This document shows, piece by piece, positions 57,195 through 64,000 of a DNA stretch of 64,000 nucleotides. How positions within the stretch are numbered: position 1 is the first letter of the stretch; every line of letters starts with the position of its first letter. The position numbers and the translations under genes were made by a program. Origin of the DNA: an uncultured Nitrososphaeraceae archaeon (GTDB lineage: Archaea > Thermoproteota > Nitrososphaeria > Nitrososphaerales > Nitrososphaeraceae). The stretch lies in NCBI GenBank assembly GCA_963765895.1, contig CAVXZB010000084.1, forward strand, positions 352,001 to 416,000. Reading direction: 5' to 3'. The notes below the pieces were generated by a model. The model saw only the letters and a program-made list of their open reading frames with translations, had not been told where the DNA came from and did no database searches.

Positions 57195-57680
57195 ACAGAT
57201 GAATTGATATGACGATAATCGCAATGTCATTAATTAATCATTAGCAACTGCTTATCTGAAGATATATCATCAAATAAAGGCCAAGAAGTAATTACACAAG
57301 AAATCAGTGGAAAGGACAAAGACAACTGATATTCTAGAATACGCATTAAATACAGGATTATGCGAAGGGGATGTGAGTAGATTTGACCAATCATATAACG
57401 GTAGCAGGGAATTTATCTACTATACTCATTAACATAAATTCGTCAAAAACAATCAACCTATTTACTATCTGTTTAAACATTTTTGTAGTTACTTGTAATT
57501 ATGTTATGCAATATAAATAAGATTAAAAATCAAATATTTTGTCTTACCTTTTCCACGAGATTGGTACTCATACTTAATCTAATGCTAATCTGTATGATAA
57601 TTATATTATATGACTTGATGCTCAATGAGCATTGAATCGCCCCGAGGTTACTTGTTAATGAGAATAACTCTTACTTACAG

Positions 57681-57833
57681 TTACCCATATCTAATACATA
57701 AGTTCATGTTAGGATGAGCAGGATTCGTATGATTTTGTCTACACTCTAAACAATAATTTCAGCTGTCCTGAAATATTTCTGCCTGTCTTCTGTTGCATAC
57801 AGTGCAATAGTAATTATTATTACCAACCATCAT
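57681..57833 (-). pseudogene. Zinc-finger microprotein with an in-frame TGA
   Basis: MMVGNNNYYCTVCNRRQAEIFQDS*NYCLECRQNHTNP...; TGA at 57759-57761. Confidence 0.55.
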
Positions 57834-58407
57834 AGGCAGACAATCAGACAAAGATCTCGCAGTCGTTAGTATGTACATCTCATCTTTTATATAATGTGAT
57901 ATTTTCACCAGTATCATAATCATTTACGTTAGGAGATAGTATAATGGTCCTAAGTTTCCTTTTCATTTTTTTGTTGTATTCTATTGATCTATTTTCTTGC
58001 ATCTTAATTCTATTCATAAATTCATAAACTGATAAATAACCTTAACCAATATGAAATATCCCAACAACATGATCACACTATAGAATATATATTACCAGAC
58101 TCAATTCCTAATCGCGATCTTGACATAATATCGATGATAAAATCACGCAGACCTGACCCATTTATTGCTCATATATTCTACCTGTCAAACATATTTGATA
58201 TATTATCTATAAGACAATACTTTTTTTCTCAAATTGAATTAGAGAGGCGATATCTAACTATCAAAATTCTTGTAGTATACCTTATCAAGAAAGGAATGAA
58301 ATATTTTGCCTATTTTAAATCAGGAGACCATAGAAGATACTAGCATTATAAAAGCTGATACATCTTAGTCAGAAAAAAGAAAAATTGTAGCATATTTTGC
58401 ATTTTGA

Positions 58408-59058
58408 CTACTTTACCACGACAGCTCCTATCATCCACGGATGCAGTGAACACGTATAGCTATAAATCCCGGCTTTCAGAAATGTGGCCGAGAATGTCGT
58501 GGATGCGCCAGGAAACACTTTTTCAGGACCTTTTGGAACTAGCCAACCAGAATTAATGTATTGCTCATTTCCAAATATAAGCAAACTACCATTAGGACTA
58601 AATGTCTTTGTCTTACCGGTTGAGTCTATTGAAGATGGGTCGTATGACATTGCATTACTAACAATCGCTATACTAGTTCCATTTTTACCAGGGAGTATAT
58701 TTGGTTTACTATTGGCATCGCGCGGCAAAGGCACAAACTTGGTGGAACTTGGAATAGCAAATGGTGCAGTAGGTATCGCGAAGGTCTTGTTACTAAATAC
58801 AAATGAGACCGTATGCGGTTCCAGTGGTGCCATTGACGGGACACTCCAAACTACTGTGCTTCCAGCTTTGATCTCCACTCGTTGTGGATCGTATCCATAG
58901 AAAGGATAAGTATCATTTCCTCCACCAACAAGTACCCGAGTTACAAATGTCCGCTGTGCTTCAGCTTTATAATTTAATAGGAATGAACTAGACATTATAG
59001 CTACTGCCAATGTTGATACTATTACAGCGATAATTGCCGTTATCATTCTAGCTTTCAT
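58408..59058 (-). CDS. Secreted cupredoxin (type-1 copper) protein
   Basis: PHTV and YTCSLHPWM ligand set; IKAGSTVVW. Confidence 0.85.
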   Translation of the reverse strand: MKARMITAIIAVIVSTLAVAIMSSSFLLNYKAEAQRTFVTRVLVGGGNDTYPFYGYDPQRVEIKAGSTVVWSVPSMAPLEPHTVSFVFSNKTFAIPTAPFAIPSSTKFVPLPRDANSKPNILPGKNGTSIAIVSNAMSYDPSSIDSTGKTKTFSPNGSLLIFGNEQYINSGWLVPKGPEKVFPGASTTFSATFLKAGIYSYTCSLHPWMIGAVVVK

Positions 59059-59289
59059 TCAGGGAAAGACAAACAATGCATAAATATAAGCTTAGTCATT
59101 TTCAATACTCATCATGTCCATTAGATCTTATTGATTATATAAGTACAATCAAACAGTCAAATTTACTAAAGATTAAGTGAAGGCTAAGCTAAAAAAATTA
59201 ATAGACCTGCTTTCAAGACTACATAGCATTATCATTCAAATACTCTTGTCCAGACGAAGGTAGGAACCTGGCATGATGTTATTATCATC

Positions 59290-59638
59290 TCATCTCCTAC
59301 TCCTAGCTGCGTCTATCGTCTTTCGCTGTTCTAGCGCAAGTTCTTCTGCAGTCATCGCGTTAGCTATGATTATAGTACTCTTGTTTTCATCCTCTTTAAT
59401 AGTAGTATTAGTAGTTTTTTGTAGTAGCAGTGCTACCACTTGTAAAAATGGCTGCATAGGATGAACTCTTTAATATTTCAATTATTGAATCATCGGTTGC
59501 CGGTAGATTAAGTTCTAGATCCTCTAATGCTTTAATCGAACCGTTATCATCAATGTCAAGCTTTGTAACACTGACCTTATCTCTGTTTATAATTCGGTTG
59601 ACTTTGACTAGCATCCCTTGTCTCATATTATTATTCAT
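59290..59638 (-). CDS. Hypothetical protein (frameshift near 59415)
   Basis: ORF continues in another frame as TIKEDENKSTIIIANAMTAEELALEQRKTIDAARSRR. Confidence 0.5.
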
Positions 59639-59768
59639 AGATCAATACTTACGCTTTTGCCCCATCAAAAATATGGAAGATTGTGAAACTAAACTAAATT
59701 GAACATCCACGTCTATGGATTAAATATTGTGGCATCAGATTTTGTTTTTATTAAATATTACATGTCTG

Positions 59769-61523
59769 TCAACCTGCAAAATGCCCAATTTGTAGTGCTG
59801 TGAAGTTATCGTTTAGTAGGAGTGTATTTCTTGAATAGTCGACATCTATTGATATAATAACAGGAATATACGTCGATTCCTTTGCTTTACATAGTACCTT
59901 TGAGAATTGTTTTGTTGATTGAACATTAAAACCGATTGCTCCAAAACTTTCGGCAAGCTTAGCAAGGTCAGGGTTATTAAACTTAGTAAATGCACTTCTA
60001 CCAAATTCTTCCTTTTGTTTCAAGGATATCAATCCATAATCAGAATCGCACCAGACTATAACAATAATTGGTAACTTGAGTCTTACTGCAGTTTCTAGTT
60101 CTTGAACATTCATCAAGAATCCCCCATCTCCACACATCGCTACAACCTTTCTGTCCTGTTTAGCAAGCTGAGCAGCAATGGCGGCAGGCAATGCAAAACC
60201 CATAGAGCAAAAACCATTGGGAATAATACAGGTATTTGGTAAATACGTTTCATAAAGTTTTGAAATCCAAAGTTTGTGTACTCCGACATCAGAGATAACT
60301 ATATCTTTCTTGTCAAGTGCAGATCTTACGTCAAATACAAGCTTTTCAGGCTGAATCGGATATGAAAAATTATGCTTAAATTTTTCAGTATTTCGCCAAA
60401 CGACTTCCTTTTTGATTCTTTGGAAGAGTTCTGGCATATCTCTAATGTTATCTGTGCCTTTGTCAAATTTGGTTACTTGCACAGCATTTCGGCGGTTATT
60501 ACTTTTTCGATTATAAGGAGCTATTGTCTTTATTTTTATTTTATCGATTTCCTCCATAATCGCCTTAATGGTATATTCAATATCTGCAGCAAACTCGATT
60601 GTCGGAAGATAGTACGTATCAACCTCCGCAGGCGTAAAATCTATATGGATAATATTTTTGCTCAAATCACCATTCCAATTTTTGGGACTATATTCAACAA
60701 GATCGTACCCAGCTGCAATTATTAGGTCAGAATTTTTCATTGCAAGTAAGGCATGATCAGCCTCTTTGATCCCTATTGTCTGTAAATGTCTCTCCGTCCG
60801 ATCAGAAATAACACCCTTAGCCATGAAGGTATTCATAGAACAAATCCCAGTTTTTTCGACAAACGCCCTCATACACTCTGAAGCATTTCCTCGTACACAG
60901 CCATTGCCTACCAGCAATAAAGGCATCCTTGCATCCAGGATCATCTTGGCTGCTCTTTCTATCAAGGCCCTACTAGGCCTTGATCTGGACAACTGGTGGC
61001 GAGTATCTATGGGTAAAATCTCAGAATTCATTTTTGCGATGTCCTGTGGTAGCTCAAGATGAACTGCTCCTGCCTTTTCTTCTAATGAGATCTTGCATGC
61101 TCTTCTAATAATTTGTGGAATGCTATCTGGATTTCGTATAGACCATCTCCATTTTGTTATCGGTAGAAACATTGCTACAGCATCCATATTTTGATGAGAC
61201 TCTTTATGCAAAAAATCTGTACTGGTTTGACCAGTTATAGCCAGAATGGGAGATCTATCCATATTAGCGTTTGCTACACCTGTCGTAAGATTGGTCGCTC
61301 CGGGTCCTAAAGTAGAAAGGCATACTCCTACTTTACCAGTCAACCTGCCATACATATCAGCCATGAAAGCAGCAGCTTGTTCATGTCGTACTAGTACAAA
61401 TTTAATAGATGGTGAGCTCTCCAGTGAAATCATAAGATCTGCATTCTCTTCACCAGGTAATCCAAAAATGTATTCTATTTTTTCGGCTTCAAGGCACTTT
61501 ATAAAGAGATCAGACGCTTTCAT
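59769..61523 (-). CDS. Acetolactate synthase large subunit-like TPP enzyme
   Basis: FGLPGEEN, RHEQAAAF, GPGATN, GDGGFLMN. Confidence 0.9.
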   Translation of the reverse strand: MKASDLFIKCLEAEKIEYIFGLPGEENADLMISLESSPSIKFVLVRHEQAAAFMADMYGRLTGKVGVCLSTLGPGATNLTTGVANANMDRSPILAITGQTSTDFLHKESHQNMDAVAMFLPITKWRWSIRNPDSIPQIIRRACKISLEEKAGAVHLELPQDIAKMNSEILPIDTRHQLSRSRPSRALIERAAKMILDARMPLLLVGNGCVRGNASECMRAFVEKTGICSMNTFMAKGVISDRTERHLQTIGIKEADHALLAMKNSDLIIAAGYDLVEYSPKNWNGDLSKNIIHIDFTPAEVDTYYLPTIEFAADIEYTIKAIMEEIDKIKIKTIAPYNRKSNNRRNAVQVTKFDKGTDNIRDMPELFQRIKKEVVWRNTEKFKHNFSYPIQPEKLVFDVRSALDKKDIVISDVGVHKLWISKLYETYLPNTCIIPNGFCSMGFALPAAIAAQLAKQDRKVVAMCGDGGFLMNVQELETAVRLKLPIIVIVWCDSDYGLISLKQKEEFGRSAFTKFNNPDLAKLAESFGAIGFNVQSTKQFSKVLCKAKESTYIPVIISIDVDYSRNTLLLNDNFTALQIGHFAG

Positions 61524-61729
61524 AGTTTATGCTTATGATAAAGATAGATGATCAGGTATGTATTTCTTATTCTCATTAGTGTTTTCTGTTCCTGAGCAAA
61601 TTTAACGACAAGTGCAGGGGCATTCGGAACTCTAGAGCAAAGTCTTAATAGTGAGATGATAAAAATTATGTTTTTAAACAAGCTTTCGAAATTGCGAAAT
61701 AGAATAAGCAATGAACTTTAAAATGGCCA

Positions 61730-62002
61730 ATGGTCCAACAAGTATTAGGCAAGATGGATACGATAGAATCAAACTACAGGCCAGAATCAGTAACATTTAC
61801 ACTTGATGAATCATTAGCGGTATTAATGAGTCTAGGCACAGCAATAAAGACTATTACTGATGCTAATCCGAATGGAAATATCGATTCTGATGGTCTGAAA
61901 TATATCGTAGATATGAAGAAGGCAACCGATAAAATTGTTGCAAGTATTGATAAAGAAGTATTAGAGGCCGTATTAAGAGAGAGGTTAGCATCTGGTGACT
62001 GA
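61730..62002 (+). CDS. Hypothetical protein
   Basis: 90-aa ORF with protein-like composition and a T tract downstream. Confidence 0.55.
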   Translation: MVQQVLGKMDTIESNYRPESVTFTLDESLAVLMSLGTAIKTITDANPNGNIDSDGLKYIVDMKKATDKIVASIDKEVLEAVLRERLASGD

Positions 62003-62547
62003 CTTTACCATCTTTTTATTTTAATATTGGCAAATAAAGAACTTGATCTTCTAGTTGTAACGTTTATCACCTAAAACAAAATCTGAATAATGCCTCCAGT
62101 GTCTATAGTTAATTACATTCGTTACCTGGGTTCGTAATTATATCGCTATCACTCTATAACTCAGCTCTCAGATAGCTGTCGCCATCGCTATCCTATCTTT
62201 GATTTCAAAAAAACTATGGCGGTTCATTCCGAAAGAGGTTCCTTTCCTCACTACAAAATTTATAATGCAAGTCTCTTACTGAGCAGTATGTCAGATCGTG
62301 AACCAGTCAAGATCAGACGCTCCTTTTGGCATACTTATTAAAAGTTAAATCACGAACGGATGGAGGTACAAATGCATACTCAGAATACAACACGACATAT
62401 GGTAAGACTAGTTTTTGTATTCAGATTGTAGAATTATCTATGGTATTGTACTCTTGGAAAGCACCGCGTGGTCTATCAAAAATTGTTACTTGTAGAGCAT
62501 GTCTTTGGACAGAGATTATTGGAATGTATCAATAATCTCCTCTTATT

Positions 62548-63501
62548 TTATGAGAATATGTTAGGTGAGATTGACAGCACAATTATTGATATACGCTTAT
62601 TCTGATATACAAAGTCAGTTTTTGTTTTTGTAGTGTTTAAATCCACTGCATTTTCCATCCGTAATGACTTATAAAATGCGCCAGCTCCTGTGACTAGAGT
62701 ATGTGGATACTCTTCTAGCAACATTTCTTTTTGTTCGTCATGCTTCTTAGCTTCATAGTTAAACGTGAATTCTACAATCATAGGCTTCTCTTGCTCTGCT
62801 GACGAATACCATAGATTGAGTTCTGTCTTGACGGTCTTATCCCCTGCAAACGTGATCTTTCCAATCTCTGACGCAATTTCTATAGCTTCAAAATTATTTA
62901 CTCTGGTGAGTGTCTTATTAGCATCGATTCCCAGATCAAGTCCAGGAAAGACAGATACTAGGTCTTTTATTGTATAAAGGTCTGGCTCTTGGTCTCTCTT
63001 AAGAGATGCAGAAAGTGAAAATTTACTGATGAATGGATTAGTTTTATCAGTAACTATATCCTCCTCGAATTTAATTTCGATATCTTTTGCAGAACTCGTA
63101 AGATCGTACGAAGCAGAGACATATCTGTCCGGATGTCTACATTTCAAGGTTAAGTCATACTCATCTGAGTTTTTCTTTTTTCTTATTCTGAGCAGAAAAT
63201 TATTATTGTGATAGAGTTCATATGCGTTAGTATCTAAATACCATGTTCTCCTTTCTTTTTCTTCAACATCTGCCTTGAAATTTCCACCCTGTCCTTTGAC
63301 TAATCTTTCAATAATGGTCGATATTTCATGTGTTCCTTTCTTTCTATCCATGAAACGATTAGTATCCAGCATAATCTTGCATTCACGAGATGTTAGAGGA
63401 CGATTTGAGTGAGCCATATCATAACTTAAACTTGTATAAGGAATATATGATGCAATATAAACTGTATATCTCACCGACCTCCAATATTGGCTATAGTTCA
63501 T
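62548..63501 (-). CDS. CYTH/triphosphate-tunnel-like protein
   Basis: RECK, RRTWYLDT...LLRIR...LTLKCR, KFEED, EFTF; start uncertain. Confidence 0.6.
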   Translation of the reverse strand: MNYSQYWRSVRYTVYIASYIPYTSLSYDMAHSNRPLTSRECKIMLDTNRFMDRKKGTHEISTIIERLVKGQGGNFKADVEEKERRTWYLDTNAYELYHNNNFLLRIRKKKNSDEYDLTLKCRHPDRYVSASYDLTSSAKDIEIKFEEDIVTDKTNPFISKFSLSASLKRDQEPDLYTIKDLVSVFPGLDLGIDANKTLTRVNNFEAIEIASEIGKITFAGDKTVKTELNLWYSSAEQEKPMIVEFTFNYEAKKHDEQKEMLLEEYPHTLVTGAGAFYKSLRMENAVDLNTTKTKTDFVYQNKRISIIVLSISPNIFS

Positions 63502-64000
63502 GCAAGACCTACAGATTTCGTTGAAGAATAGACGGATTATCTAGATACTACAATTTGAACTGGATGTAGCCACGAAAGCTATTACGGGATCGAAGATATG
63601 AATGCCATTTGCCAGAAGGTTTAACTTTCGTAAGTAACGTGGCTTCAAGATTGTGAAAACTGCCTGTGGGTATCGAAAAGAGATGCCAGGCGAACATCTG
63701 TTATCTATCGTAGTATCAATGAACTGATAAAATAAATGTTGCGTATAATCTGTTATTATGCTTTAAGAATCTAGTCAATATTTATATATTATACTGCTAG
63801 AATAGGAAAAATAAAATATTACTAGTTGATACTTGGGTTAACAAGTTAAATGTTGGGTTAACCACGCTAGGATATTGAATAAGATTTACTGATAATTTTA
63901 AGAAACCTATTTAGAACTTTCTTTCTGAAATAGTATAAGGATAGAATATTAACGAGTCGTTTAATGAGTCAAACTATAATATTTTAAATTTGCATTGCTA

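Overview
AT-rich archaeal chromosomal window. Gene content (lineage-typical secreted proteins, TrmB/PLD-like-domain histidine kinase, F420-dependent PPOX enzyme, PAC2 chaperone, wHTH regulators) points to a soil ammonia-oxidising archaeon (Nitrososphaeraceae-like); this is an inference. It is an accessory region with no rRNA, tRNA or CRISPR array seen. Main blocks: (1) Gly-rich secreted peptide, UbiA prenyltransferase between two paralogous wHTH regulators, and an orphan histidine kinase (0.4-5.5 kb); (2) a decayed zone hiding unannotated zinc-finger microproteins (7-12 kb); (3) an intact IS5/IS903-like element with 18-bp TIRs and a 9-bp TSD inserted in a dead copA 3' fragment; (4) a His/Met-rich secreted-protein island, probably copper-related, with a position-conserved 18-bp promoter motif (16-26 kb); (5) a NitT/TauT-type ABC transporter; (6) an arsenic cluster (arsM, arsC, MIP channel, ArsB/NhaD-like permease) next to an HxlR-type regulator; (7) a dispersed family of secreted Ser/Asn/Gly/Thr-rich proteins with a 14-residue C-x12-C motif, four of which share a ~120-bp upstream element and a 3' motif; (8) copA, SDR, MOSC, cupredoxin, ALS-like and CYTH-like genes. 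Many genes carry single-base frameshifts, which may be long-read assembly errors rather than true pseudogenes. Product calls come from motif recognition only; no database search was run.
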